In this document: piece after piece, positions 40,704 through 53,155 of the stretch
Numbering within the stretch: position 1 is the first letter of the stretch
Layout of the letters: every line of letters starts with the position of its first letter
Assembly: GCF_016433145.1 (NCBI RefSeq)
Contig: NC_058131.1
Location: 506,418,698-506,482,697, forward strand
DNA: 64,000 bases
Origin: Gracilinanus agilis
Lineage: Eukaryota
Reading direction: 5' to 3'
Notes under the pieces: model-generated
What the model was told of the DNA's origin: nothing
Seen by the model: the letters and a program-made list of their open reading frames with translations, nothing else
Database searches by the model: none
Position numbers and translations under genes: made by a program

Positions 40704-40788
40704 CCCTAGGTGACTCATTAATAAGTGTATGAAACAAGATAGCAGCAAAAGTCTTCCTGGTTCCAAATCCAGGCTCTATCCACTACCC

Positions 40789-40955
40789 CGGAGATGTCAA
40801 ACACCGGACCATTAGGAAATGTTTAGCAAAACAAATATACAGTAGAACATAGTTAATGTTAATTTATGGTTTTCTAAGTCAATGGGTTTCCTGCACAAAT
40901 TTTTATGTACGGGTTTGGTGGCTTTGTTTCTCTCTGAGTTTGACTACCATATACA
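40789..40955. mobile_element. Second hAT-type MITE relic (related copy at about 56712-56889)
   Basis: Ends (c)ggagatgtcaaac ... gagtttgactacc; shared internal aatgtttagcaaaa..acatag..atgttaattta..ttttctaagt. Confidence 0.6.
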
Positions 40956-41913
40956 GTATTTGCATTCTACCACTTGGCTACCCAAAACAGATGCAAGGCA
41001 ACTCTAGTACACTAATGAGACTTTTGGAACCTCAGTTCCAGGTTGTTTGGAACTGCCTTATCTGGGACAAGATCTACTCTGAGGGTCCTAATATCCCACT
41101 GGGACAAAGTGAGAAAAAATCCTAGCTTTGGAAAGTGAAGTCTTAGGTTTGAATCTTCTATTACTTTGTTGCTCCTGGGAAAGCCTTGGATTTGAAAATC
41201 TCTTCACCTCTCTTGCCTATCAATTTGTTAAATAAGGGGATTAGATTAGGTGATATTTAATGGAGTCCCTTTTAATTCTAATATTTAATGGGAAAACTTC
41301 TCTCTTCTCCCTTTCTGGACTCCTACTTAGGAGAAAATAATCATTCGGCCTCCCTGCTATAACAGGCAGAGAGTACTTGACCTAGAATCAGATTACCTGA
41401 GTTCAAATGCAGGGTTTTGCTCCTTGTGACTTTGTACAAATCATTTGACCTCCCTCTATCATTTCTTCTTCCATACATAAGTTGGATCACTAAGATCAAA
41501 ATCCAAAACACTATGAAAGATCAGTCTCACCTAATCAACCAACATTATAGGTTCATAGATTGTTAGAGCTGGGATTTCAACACAGGGATTTTGACACAGG
41601 GATTTTTACTTTGAATCCTCCATGGATCAAGCCCAACATCTGGGATAGTGCTGGGTGCCTAATAGCAACTCAGGAAACATCTGTTGTTTAATTGGTTGAT
41701 TAGATTATTTCATTCCAAGTTAAAGGTATATCAGATAACACATTCTGAATGACAATTGTTCTACTAGGGAGGCACTCAGGACACAGTTTATAGTTGTGCC
41801 TGTCTGCCTCCTCATTTTTCTTTAGAAACAGAACTTTGGAGCTGAAAGGGACTTAAGAGGTCATCGTAGAATCAGAGATCTAAGTGGGAAAGGTCTTCAG
41901 AATCAGCCTAGTC

Positions 41914-42110
41914 CAGAGGCTCTTATTCTTTTTGTATCCTGGACCCCCTTTGGCAGTTGTCTAAAACTTATGGACTCAGAATAATGTTTAAATGCAAAAA
42001 ATAAAATATATAGGAATACCAAAAAAAAAACAATTATATTGAAATACAATTATCAAAATAGTTATAAAAAACACACTCCAAATTCAAGGATCCTGGCTTA
42101 AGAACTCCTG
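41914..42110 (+). mobile_element. hAT-Charlie-like MITE with TIRs
   Basis: cagaggctcttatt ... ttaagaactcctg; flanks gcctagtc / atctagtt fit the Charlie NTCTAGAN target preference. Reverse copies at about 19170, 34889 and 50677. Confidence 0.8.
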
Positions 42111-43078
42111 ATCTAGTTCAACTTATATATTACCTGCACAAGAATTTCTCTACAACATCAATTGGTCCTCACAACAACCCTGTGAGGTAGGTAAGGGTCA
42201 TATTAATATCTCCATTTTACAATTGAGGAATTATGTTTAAAGACCTGAGGTGATTTGCCCCAAATCACAAGGCTAGTTCAACACCTCTACCAATGGCAAA
42301 AATGTCCTGTACAACATTCCCCCAAATTAACCTTTTGATCACTATACAGAGACCTCTAGGTCAGTGAGGAAGTCAAAATTTCTCCCCTCCTTAAGTCCCC
42401 TACAGGCAGTTCATTTTATTTTTAGAGAGCTTTAATTGTTAGGACTTGGATGAACATTCTCAGCACTGGACGTGTTATTCATCTCTAGAAAGCATTAAAA
42501 CATTTGACCCCCTAGAAGAAAAGTAGAACCTCTTAAATAATCAACATAGCAATGAATTATCTCAGACCTGTGGGGGATGGAGTGTCCTGCTTAGAGGATA
42601 TATTCCAAATTCATTCTTTTTCCAGCAAGATGGCCAAGGATTCTTAGCCCCCTATCAAGAGCAATTTGGTTTTAAAGGTTGTTGTAAAGTTTGAAATTTA
42701 GCAAATAGCTAGTAATTATTAACATAATTACCTAATATGCACTATGCATAGGCACGAGGGATGCCAAAAATGAAAAGTTATCTATTCCTTGCCCTCATAT
42801 ACCAGGACTGGACTTGGAATCAGAATATGAACTGGATTCAAATCCTGCTCTTGTCACTTGCTCCCTGTGTGACCTTGGGCAAGAGAATCAACTTCTTTTT
42901 CTCATCTGTAAAGTTAGGAGTTTGGGCTAAATGGATCTCTCATGTCTTTTCTAGTTCTCAATCTATGATCTATTATTACCTGAGTCTTTTGGGAATGATG
43001 ACATGAAAATATGCATGGTAAAATGTGTAATTTGATAAGGATAAAAGAAACACTTCTTAACAATAAAAGCTATCCCAG

Positions 43079-43267
43079 GGGGCAGCTGGGTAGCTCAGTG
43101 GAGTGAGAGTCAGGCCTAGAGACAGGAGGTCCTAGGTTCAAACCCGGCCTCAGCCACTTCCCAGCTGTGTGACCCTGGGCAAGTCACTTGACCCCCATTG
43201 CCCACCCTTACCAATCTTCCACCTATGAGACAATACACCAAAAAGTACAAGGGTTAAAAAAAAAAAA
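43079..43267 (+). mobile_element. Very young tRNA-headed SINE with poly(A) tail and 14-bp TSD
   Basis: A box tagctcagtgg, B box ggttcaaaccc; TSD aaaagctatcccag at 43065-43078 and 43268-43281. Confidence 0.95.
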
Positions 43268-43678
43268 AAAAGCTATCCCAGAACTGGCTGCCTTAGGAGG
43301 TAGTAGGTTCATTATGGAGCTAGATGCCTGATCACTTGTAATGTGGTAGAAGGGATCATTATTCAGATAAGGTTGGACTAGATGTTCTCCAAGTTAGCCT
43401 CATAGTTCTGAGTTTTTGTGGAAGATATCAACAAAATACCCTAGAAAATTTGGAAAATGTGCATGTAATTCAGGGATTTTCATCAGGATTCAGGCCGTTC
43501 ATAGGGACTAATTTGATTCTATTCCATTAAAAAGGTTATTATGTACAATATACTATAATAGGCACTGGGGGAATATAAAAACAATAATAATAACTTTTGC
43601 CTTCAAGGAACTTATATAAAACCTAAGAGTTGAAAAGGATGATTCGTTTCCTAGATGTCCTCCAAGTGTCTAGTAGAT

Positions 43679-43682
<4 letters not shown>

Positions 43683-43746
<64 letters not shown>

Positions 43747-43757
43747 TGTGTGCGCGC
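43683..43757. repeat. Compound (TC)n(TG)n(CG)n microsatellite
   Basis: Direct read. Confidence 0.95.
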
Positions 43758-44664
43758 TTTTTTTCTTAGTAATCTCATTCATCCTTACAGGTTCGATGAT
43801 CATTTCTTATGACTCTCAAATCTATATAACCAGTCCTAATCTCTATTCTAAACTCCATTTCCATAGCTCCTGCTACTTGCTCACCACAATAAACTGTTTC
43901 CATCTTAAACTAAATAAAAGTGAAACTTAATACACCATATTATTCCCTCAAAACCTACCCTTCCTCTGGTGTCATTCCCCCACCACAATTAAACAGGATC
44001 GAAACCTCAGAATCATCTTTGATTTTTCTATCACCTTGATTCCACCCTACCCCCCACATAGTCAAATAGCCAAATCCCTTCCTAAGATCACAGAATTATA
44101 TATTTCGATCTAGCAGGAACTACAGAAGTATTCAAACCAAACCTCGTTTTAAAGGAGGAAACTGAGTTTTAGAGATTTTAAGTGATTTGCTTAAGGTTAC
44201 AAAGATAGCAAGTGACAGAACAGAGATTAGATCACAGGACCTCTGACTTCAAGTGCAACACGAGGCCATACTGCTTTCCCCCCTAAGAACTCTGTCACAG
44301 AAACATCTCAAACCCATTTCTCTCTATTTGCATGGCCAATGCACTCCTCAAGATCTTTGTCACCACTGATGTAGACCATTGTAGTAGCTTGCCTGTCTCC
44401 AGCTCAAAATTTGTTCCTACCACTGGTCACTCCTCTGGTCAAATTGTTTTATTTTTGGTTTTGTATCCTGGGGACCTTCTCATAGAGGAGGAGCTTTATT
44501 AACATTTGCTGGATTTCTTGACTTCAGAGGTTATATAGTCTAAACCCTGCTTGAAGCAGGAATCTCTTCTATGGCATCCCCGAGGAATATTCATCCCTTA
44601 AGACCTATAAACTAATTTTTAAAAAGAAAACCCTCAAGCTCTCAAAGATAATAAAGAATATGCA

Positions 44665-44670
44665 TTTAAT
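44665..44670 (-). terminator. Candidate distal poly(A) signal ATTAAA
   Basis: Minus-strand ATTAAA at the end of the unique UTR-like block, with a U-rich tract (ggttttcttttt) downstream. Confidence 0.45.
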
Positions 44671-45320
44671 AGCATGTTAATATACAGCTTAAACGTGTAT
44701 TAATTCTTCTTTTTGTCAGTGCATTACAGGAGTAAAAGAAGAGAAGTACCATTTGTGAATGCACAGTCAAATGCTGATCATAAGTGCCAACGCATCTCAG
44801 TGCTCTTGCACTATCAAAATTCGGTTTTAGGAATGTGATTCCATATGCAGTGTTACGTGCCAGTGCTGGGATTCCATTAGGTTGGTATGCAATCTACAAG
44901 TTGTTTTTTTATCCCAATGGAATTGTATACAAGTATTAAGAAAAGAATAAAATTTCTTATTCATAAAACTAAAGGGGTTATTTCCTAAAGCTTACAAGAA
45001 GAAAGTACAGCCTCAAACTAAGGAGTCAAAAAATCTAGTTGTTGTTGTTTGTCGTTTTAAAAATAAGCCACCATACTGGACAGTTTTGGAAAATGATATA
45101 AAAAGGGAAAGAAAGAAAAAAAAAAAGGGAGGAAGAATTGGCACAGTTAAACCCCCTAATTTCTAAGTGCACTTTGTAATGCTCCTTGCAAGCTGCCGCT
45201 TTTTCCCATGATCATGACCCCAAGCCTCCGTAGAGTGTCACCGGCGCACGGTGAGGAGTTTTATTGCATTGCCAAGAGTCGGTTTTTAAGAAAAAACACT
45301 AAAAGGCTTCAAAAACCCTA

Positions 45321-45326
45321 TTTATT
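45321..45326 (-). terminator. Candidate proximal poly(A) signal AATAAA
   Basis: Minus-strand AATAAA followed by U/GU-rich sequence (gggtttttgaagccttttagtgttttttc). Confidence 0.5.
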
Positions 45327-45679
45327 CTCTGTCATCAAAAATAGCAACAGGGGGACTTATACAACTTTTCTGTGAGTGCCCACCAGTCTATTTTTTTTTC
45401 TTCTTAAAAAAAATAGAAGTCAGTTAAAGAGAAATGATTTGGTTCTTAAAAAAGAATGTAAGGAAACACTTAATCGGCTAGCCCAAGGAGACGTCAGAAA
45501 CAGGTGAAGCAGGAAAGCTTCGACACGGCCATCGGCAGGCTCCGCATGTCTGTACCTAAACTACGGAGGGGGTGCAGATTGTCCCCAGTGCCTTCTCAAA
45601 CCTGCGTGGATCCTAGTATTTGTCTGGAACCCCGTTATTGCTGAACCAGAGCGTTCACGCTAGAAGCGACACACCCTGT

Positions 45680-45880
45680 TCATAGAGGGTAGAACTGGGA
45701 GGCAGCTTCTGAGGACTGGATCTCCACCTGAGCCATTTTGAACTGGGTGCACTGGAGCCACTTCCGGAGTGCGGATGAGCTCGTGCTTGTCTGTCCTGAG
45801 CCCTGCAGCATCCTCAGGCTGTGGTGGTTCACGTTGTTCTGAATTGCTTGAAGTCGTAGTTGTAGTCCAGCTGATAAATG
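45680..45880 (-). CDS. UNC79: UNC79 terminal coding exon to stop codon
   Basis: Acceptor ctctcttttaacAG; 66 codons + TGA: HLSAGLQLRLQAIQNNVNHHSLRMLQGSGQTSTSSSALRKWLQCTQFKMAQVEIQSSEAASQFYPL*, the recalled UNC79 C-terminus. Confidence 0.96.
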   Translation of the reverse strand, partial: HLSAGLQLRLQAIQNNVNHHSLRMLQGSGQTSTSSSALRKWLQCTQFKMAQVEIQSSEAASQFYPL

Positions 45881-45949
45881 CTGTTAAAAGAGAGCAGAAG
45901 ACTCAGAATCACAGAGTGGCAGTCCCCAGGGCTCAGAGCAGCATAGCAT

Positions 45950-46300
45950 CCCTGATAAGTGGTCATCTAGGATCCACTTGAAGAACTTCAGTGATGGAGA
46001 TATACTCAGGCTTGAGGCAGCCCCTTCCACTTTGAGTCAGTTCTAACTGTTAAGGGAAACAATTCCATTGTTGTTTTTTTAAGAAGTTAAAATTTGTCTC
46101 CGTGGAATTTCCACCCTTGATGGTGGTTCTGCCCTCTGAGGTTAAGTAGAACAAGGCTAATCCCTCTTCTCCCGGACAGCCTTTCAAAATACTTGATGAC
46201 AGCTATCAATGTTTCCCTCTCCCAACCCCTAAATACACACCAAAGTTCTATATTCTCCAATTTAAACAACCCCTATCCCTAGGAAAATTTAGAAAGAGAT
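45950..46300 (-). mobile_element. CR1/L3 3' relic in the last UNC79 intron
   Basis: aggcagccccttccacttt..gttctaactgtta; tttccacccttg..ttctgccctctg..agaacaag..aatccctcttc..acagcctttcaaaatacttg. Confidence 0.65.
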
Positions 46301-48672
46301 ACAATTTAGTTATTGTTTCTTTCTGATGCCAACTAACTGATTTCAAAACTATGGTTCTGTGAGGAGACCTGCTGCCCAAATTTGCAGCAATCTTTCTTGT
46401 GTGCAAACTAGAAGATAGTGTACTGTCCATGGCCACTGTGATGCTGCTACCAAAAAATGAGGGTTCAGAGGGGGCTGTCATATAACTTTTGGCTCTGTTA
46501 TTCTCCATCAGGCTTGCCATGGAAAGAAGAGTACCAGTACATGCCTACATTTTACAATTCCAATTTACCCAAGTTGATATAGCTTATCTCCTCCCTCCAC
46601 TGCTGTCTTCCTATTCGTTCTGCCCCTAAAAATGGACAAAAGCAAAAAAGCCTCCTGAATTCCTTCCATTACATACCTACTAATACCACTACTGCCAGGA
46701 AGGTGACAAAAGCTAACACAAAATGGAAAATCAATTCCTACTGCCAAATTTGTGGATGTGGCTGGTGACTAACTTCTCAAAACTCAACCAATATCAAAAT
46801 CTTCGTTTAGTAGCAGTAAATAGTATGTCTATCCCTCATAACACAAAGCTTTCCTAGAAGGTGGGTGGTAGTATGAAAAGAGCACCTGGTCTGGAAAGTA
46901 GAAGGCTTGGCTCTGCCACTCACTAGTTCTGGGTCTTTGAGAAAATTATTTAATTTCTCAGCACCTCAGTTTCCTCATCTATAAAATGGAAGAAAAGCTG
47001 GTAAAGAAAGGGATTGAAAAAAATAATCTCTAAGGTTCTGAGTTCTTACCACTTACTAGCTGTGTGACCTTGGGCAAGTCAGTTCTTTCTTGGCCTTGGA
47101 CTCCTTATATATAAAATCCCTAATGACCTCTGGTGACCCTGATATTACATAAAAAAAAAATTTCTCCCCATTGTGGAAGACTGATGATAGTGGTTAGGAT
47201 ATTTAGTTGGACAGAATTTGAATCAAGTCACATTGGTATGTTCTTCATACCATAACAAGATGCTGGCATTTAATCAGGTTGAGGACATAAAGATATTTCC
47301 TCTTGATCCTTAGCACAAACCTACATTTGGGAAGGATAATCAGTGAGATTATAAATGGTTTCTTTGACTTTCATTTAGGAGATTATTGTTGATATTCTGC
47401 TGTCTAAATGTTGTTTGTATTTCATCAGCACTGTTCTTCTCAGCTTATAAGCTCCTGCTGGGGGAACAGTGTCTACACATATTTCTCTTTGAAGCACAGT
47501 AAGGTATTCAATAGATGTTATAGAAATAGGGCTAAGAGTTGGAAGAGACCTTAAAAGTTATCTAATCTCACATACACACTCCATTTTACAAATGAGGGAA
47601 ATGAGGCCAGAGAGATTGAGTGATTTATGCTAACGTTACAGAGGTAGTAATTGACAGAGTTGAGATTCAAACCCAGGTCCTCTGATTCCAAGTACAGCAC
47701 TCCTTCACTGTGTTGTTTTCTGATAAGGACTCCCTGGTGGCCATGTAGACAGAAAAGAGAGCCAGAGGTTAAGAAAAGGTTTCTAATCTTGGATCTACCA
47801 CTCTTTCTTAATATGTAACTTTAAGTCACTTATCTTTTTTGGATCACTATTTCCTCATCTATAAAAAGGGATCCATAAAATCCTTGTATATTCAGCAGGG
47901 ATATGTTTAAAATTACATAACAATTAAGGAAGTAAAGCCTAGGAGAAAGAGCATTGAACTAGTAGTCAAGATTAGGTCTGAATGATGGAAATGTTTAACA
48001 TTTCTGGGTTCTAAGTTCCCAATCTGTAAAATGTGGATAATAATCCCAACCTCATGGGGGTAGGTGTGAGGGTTAAAATCTACGTGATATTATTATAATG
48101 GAGAGGCAACATGTTATGGTGGATAGAGTGCTATATCTGGAAAATGAAGAAGATCTGAGTTTAAGGCCATTTTTCACACTTACCAGTTGCCTAAAGCCAG
48201 GTAAATTGTTTAACCTCTCTGCCCCTCTTCAAATTGGTTGTGATTTGTGTGGCGAAGGGGTCATGTTCCCACACTATCCATGTCACAGGTGCTGAATGTA
48301 TTATATAATAACAGACACAGATAGTGTTTTGAAAAAAAATTTTAATTTGGAGTCAGTATCCTAGGTTTGAATCCCAGCCTTGATTTAAGCCTGGGCCAGC
48401 CATATAACTCTAAGCCTTAATCTCCTCCTTCTTAACAGGAAAAAATTGGCCTAAAACCTCTATGGTCCTTTTTAGTTCTAAATTCTATATTCTACCACTT
48501 GGAAGGATGACAATGGTGGTGACAGTGGGCAATTTGCAATTACTGTGTGTAAGCATGACAATTCTTAAAATAAGATTACTATTAAAAATGCCTAAGAACT
48601 TCATGACATTTATAGAATAGACCCAGGTTCAAACTAAAAACTTGCCTTAAAATAGTGCATGGAATATCTTAC

Positions 48673-48714
48673 CTTCAAATTTGACTGAATCATTGGCAGC
48701 CACATAGGTATGAG
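48673..48714 (-). CDS. UNC79: UNC79 penultimate coding exon
   Basis: Acceptor tttctctcttgcAG, donor GTaaga; 42 bp: LIPMWLPMIQSNLK. Confidence 0.94.
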
Positions 48715-50176
48715 CTGCAAGAGAGAAACAAAGAAGTTTGCTGTTATTGCACTATTTGGCCACATCAGATGCAATTACAGTGAGGGAAAACAGGGCATCG
48801 TTAATCCTTCTAACTTTGCAAGGATGAGGGCACATGCTGAGGCATCGCCCATAATCAGAAAAATGCCTTTTTGAGTCCAGGCCCTGCTGAGCTGGTGGCA
48901 TTTGGAGGTTAATAAGCACCCCATGATTGCCTGGAATATACACTTTAGAGCAAATGACTGATTATCTCTTGAAAGCCACTCAATGATGGGAAAGTCAGTG
49001 TATATTTTTAAAATACCTTCATTTCCTTAAATAGAATTTTTTTTCCTCCCTAGAATCTTCAGAAATGATTCTCCAGGTATAGCCATGACTGTATTAGTTC
49101 TTGGTTGTTAAGATTCATGGATAGCATCTAGAATTCCATAGTCAAAAAAAGACTGATTTCTATCACCTACCTACAGTATGGAAGGAAGAACAGAACCAAA
49201 GCTGGGAGATAAGGACTTCATGCAGCTTGGGTACACATATAAATGACTAGTCCAAGAATAGAGAACAGACTTAAAATGAAGCTTTAAAACCTATGGGATC
49301 TACAGACCAAGGCTTGAGATGATTCACATATTCCTGTCTGATTTCTCTCACAGCTTGTTCTCTTTGGGCAGGATATATTTTACAGAGTGGGAACAGTGCC
49401 TCATATTCCTGATGCATATATCATCAACTTCTACTCTCTCCAATGACTTCTGCTTCCTTAGGGCAGTGGGAAAGTTCATTTGAACAGTGTAATAGAATAT
49501 GGGGTAGCCCATCTAAACTATCAGAAGACAAATTATAATTATGAACTTCTGAGTCTAAGGTACACTTCGGGAAAGTCTGAAGAGAAATCTTAATTAGTCT
49601 GGAAAGGCCTAAAAATGGAAATTTAAATAACTCCCTCTTTAATTCTCAAACCAACAGTCTGTTTATTTCCAAATAACTGTCCCCTTTAGACACATTACCC
49701 AATTAAAATTGTATTTATTGAGTCTAAGATAGTGATTAGTTATAGTTCTATTTATTCTTTTGTTTCTAACTAATTGGCATGTATACATGTTTTAATACCT
49801 TATTAATATGTCCAATTTATTAATTTCCTAATTTAAAAAATGGTGGTCGTGGCCAACATTGGATATGGCATAATTATAGTCTTTAAAGATGATGTATAAG
49901 TAGGTTAAGTGCCATCATCTGAAAATAATCCCAGTGGTTTATTCCTATTATTGAGATTATAATCCTAATAGGACATTAAAGGCCAGTGCCTTAAAAAATC
50001 AATGCTACAAATTATCTGGCTAATTTTTGCTTAAACATTTTGAATCGCAGAATAAACTACTCCAGAGTATCCAGATAGCCTTTAAAGTCCTTTTAAGCTT
50101 TGAGATATTGCCATTTTACCAAAGAAAAGAAAAAAAAATAAACTATTGGTACCTACTTCCTACAGCAATTCCAGGA

Positions 50177-50179
<3 letters not shown>

Positions 50180-50229
<50 letters not shown>
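50180..50229. repeat. (CA)n microsatellite
   Basis: Direct read. Confidence 0.95.
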
Positions 50230-50230
<1 letters not shown>

Positions 50231-52813
50231 TGTCAACACAGGAAAAAAGTATGCAGGAGAAAAGGAAATTCTGACCAGCAATCTGAAGTCTGGAGTTAAA
50301 CGTCTATAATTAAAGTTTATCAAAAGAGATTGTGGGTAAGCATATAGTCAGTGATTGTTAGATAGGAGAACATATTAATTCATCATCAGAGTGCTGTTCA
50401 GAAACAGCAATTTTGGACCAGTTCAAGGACTTATAATAGCCACATGTATAGTTGTATCAAGTTCCAAGTCCTTCTTTATCCCTTGCGTAAATTTATATGG
50501 CTTCCTCTGGGTTCTGATTCTATAGGATCTAATCCACAAGCAATAACTACTTATTTGGATATAGTCCAGAAAAGTGTGGGTTTTGGGGAAACTTGAATGG
50601 GTCCTTTTAATCTATCAGTTATAGGAAAAACTAAGGAACACAAATGAAAGAATTAACATTACTATGGTAGGGATTCTCCCCTGGGGTCCAAGGACTATCC
50701 ATCTATGGAACTTGTATAGGGAAAACAATTACATCTTTATTTTTACTGATCTCTATCTCAAATTTAGCATTTCAATTATTTTAAAAACATTATTCTGAGA
50801 AGGCATCCATAGGCTTCACCAGATTACAAGTTGGACCCATGACACAAAAGATTTTTAAATCCTGCACTTAGACTACCTGGGCTGCCTTGACTCCAAAATT
50901 GGCGTATTAGTGCATCTCTTAGAGCATTTTGCCAGATTTTTCCTTTCCTCAGAGGAAAGTCAGAACAATGGCTGACCTATGGTCTAAGATGCTAGCTTGC
51001 TTCTTAATGAGCTAGCAAACACTAAGGTCAAAAGCCTCTTTGGCAAAGGTCTTTGCTCAGAACTCAAGAAAAATGATATTGACCACATATTCTAAGAGCT
51101 CTGACAACTTTTTCAGGTCCCATCAGTAAATGTTGCTTTTCTGAGTAAGTGACTTAGTCATATATGACTTTTTAGAGATATATTTTAGTGAGGAAAATAG
51201 TTCTTACTCTCCCAACTAGTATAACATGTGACTGCATGACTCTCAATTATGCTTTCAAATAACATTCAGGTTTGTAATTTACCAATTACATGACTGAAGG
51301 CTTCAGGTTAAACTTCATTATTATTGGCAGCCTTATATAATCCAGCAATCATCCTATTTAGGGGATGCTAATTTGGTTTATTGAATAATTTCTTTTTGCT
51401 AGTGTCTCATACAAAACTGTCAGTAAGAATTATACATAATTTACTTTGGGCTCAGTAATAATATAATAGACTAAGTTGGTTACTTTTTTCCTTCTCTAAA
51501 ATCTGGGAAAAAAAGGTTATTTTTAGCCAAAATAACAGCAATGTTCTTAGAATCAGAGGAACTTGGTTCAAGCCCTGACTTTTTCACACCTGTGTGACCT
51601 TGCCACACCTGTTTGACCTAAGGCAAATGATTTAACTTTTTTGCGTCAGTTTTCTCATGTGTAGAAAATGAGCACATTAGACTAGGTGGCCTGTAAGGCC
51701 CCTTTTATAACACTAAATCTATGATATGATCCTTTGATGATGATATTGCACTGTTCTCCTCTAACACTTATTTTTGTCACTTGAAGACTTGCTTTTGTCC
51801 AAAGAAATACATGGATGCTCCCTCCCACTACTAAGGTGAAATTGGGTTATGAAATTATCAGGCATGTTGGCCATATCCTTACTGATCATTAGTACCACAT
51901 AATGTTCTGAAGTCAGCCTAATTACACTTCTCCATCCATGGGCTTTTTTCAAGTTCTAGAGGGGCAATGTGAAATAGTGAACAGAAAACTAGGAAAACTA
52001 AATTCAAAGTTGACATAATACTGGCTTTGCGACCCTAAGCAAGTCATTATCAGTATTTTAGGAAATTCTTTAAGACTTTAAGTTGGAGGAAGGTGCTGAC
52101 TTACATTGATAAAAGGAGTTGCCTCACCTGGGGAATTCCCCATATAAATTAAATTATGAGTCCAGTCCCTGTCACAGTCCCATCTAGGTCCGTAGCATAG
52201 TACTAGAAACTTGACTCTTGTTCTATTCCTAGAGAACTGTGTCAAAAGAATGGAAAATAGTTAAGCTATCAGGGATACAAATGGAATCATATAGCCTTTC
52301 TCAAGTTCATTTATCCATAAGTTCTCTTCAGCTCCTTCAATTTTCCATGCCACTAGTTATATGGGGAATGTTCTTAAGTAAACAATGCCAATTGAAACAT
52401 TTATGTAATCTCTAAGGCACTTACTTAAGCAAGGTTTACAATTAAATTACATTGATCTTAAAATGTCACCCAAATAGTGATGATGAGTCAAATGACTATA
52501 GCTTTGGGAAGGGTAAAAATACATTGTCTAATTTATTCCACTATGGCAACATTGTCAGGACAACTTTCTTCCACAAATATATCTTTAATTGGCAACAATC
52601 AAGTTATATTTGTTTGAAATACCCACTGTAAATCATTTCTCTCATGGTTGTCTCACATGTTTAGTTAAGGTTTTTAATAGAAGTGTATATCCTCTAGCTG
52701 TGACTACTGAAGCAGTTTTTTTAAGAGTCTCACTCAAAATGTACAGCTACAATGAGTACCAGGCCCTGAAAACTGGAGGAAGTCCTACTTAAGAATCATC
52801 ATGGCTTTCATAC

Positions 52814-52891
52814 CTTGACAAAAATGGTTGAATTGCATTCTTGCAGTGCTTCCATCAAGCTGATCACATGGAGACATACCATTTCTACCAT
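52814..52891 (-). CDS. UNC79: UNC79 internal coding exon (3rd from last)
   Basis: Acceptor ctttttgttgtttcAG, donor GTatga; 78 bp: MVEMVCLHVISLMEALQECNSTIFVK. Too short for the ORF track; found by reading the sequence. Confidence 0.95.
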
Positions 52892-53155
52892 CTGAAACAA
52901 CAAAAAGGAGAAACAAATGCTTCTTCCAATGTTATAAGAACCTTAAAAACCACTGTGTGCCTGCCAAGAACCACCTGACATCTGTTCATGCTGTTTGCCT
53001 AATGACCAAGTTGGGCCACTAGGGGGTATTTTTATTTGCCTCTAAAACTCCAGAACCAAAAGTGAATTCAGAAGTTCAAACAATTTCTTGTTTGCTAAAT
53101 TTTCCTCTTCTAACAGAGTTGTCCCTGTATAGTACCACCATCCATGGGTTAACTA

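Larger units (their letters stand above)
44645..45679 (-). other. UNC79: UNC79 3' UTR (distal end approximate)
   Basis: Repeat-free sequence following the stop codon, with AATAAA at 45321-45326 and 45260-45265 and ATTAAA at 44665-44670 (minus strand). Repeats resume below about 44.6 kb. Confidence 0.65.

Noticed and set aside
43079-43150. tRNA-like A/B boxes
   Set aside because: SINE head, not a tRNA gene; no cloverleaf acceptor stem and followed by CORE and tail.
45769-45981. Plus-strand 70-aa ORF overlapping the UNC79 last exon
   Set aside because: Antisense shadow of the coding exon; no independent support.
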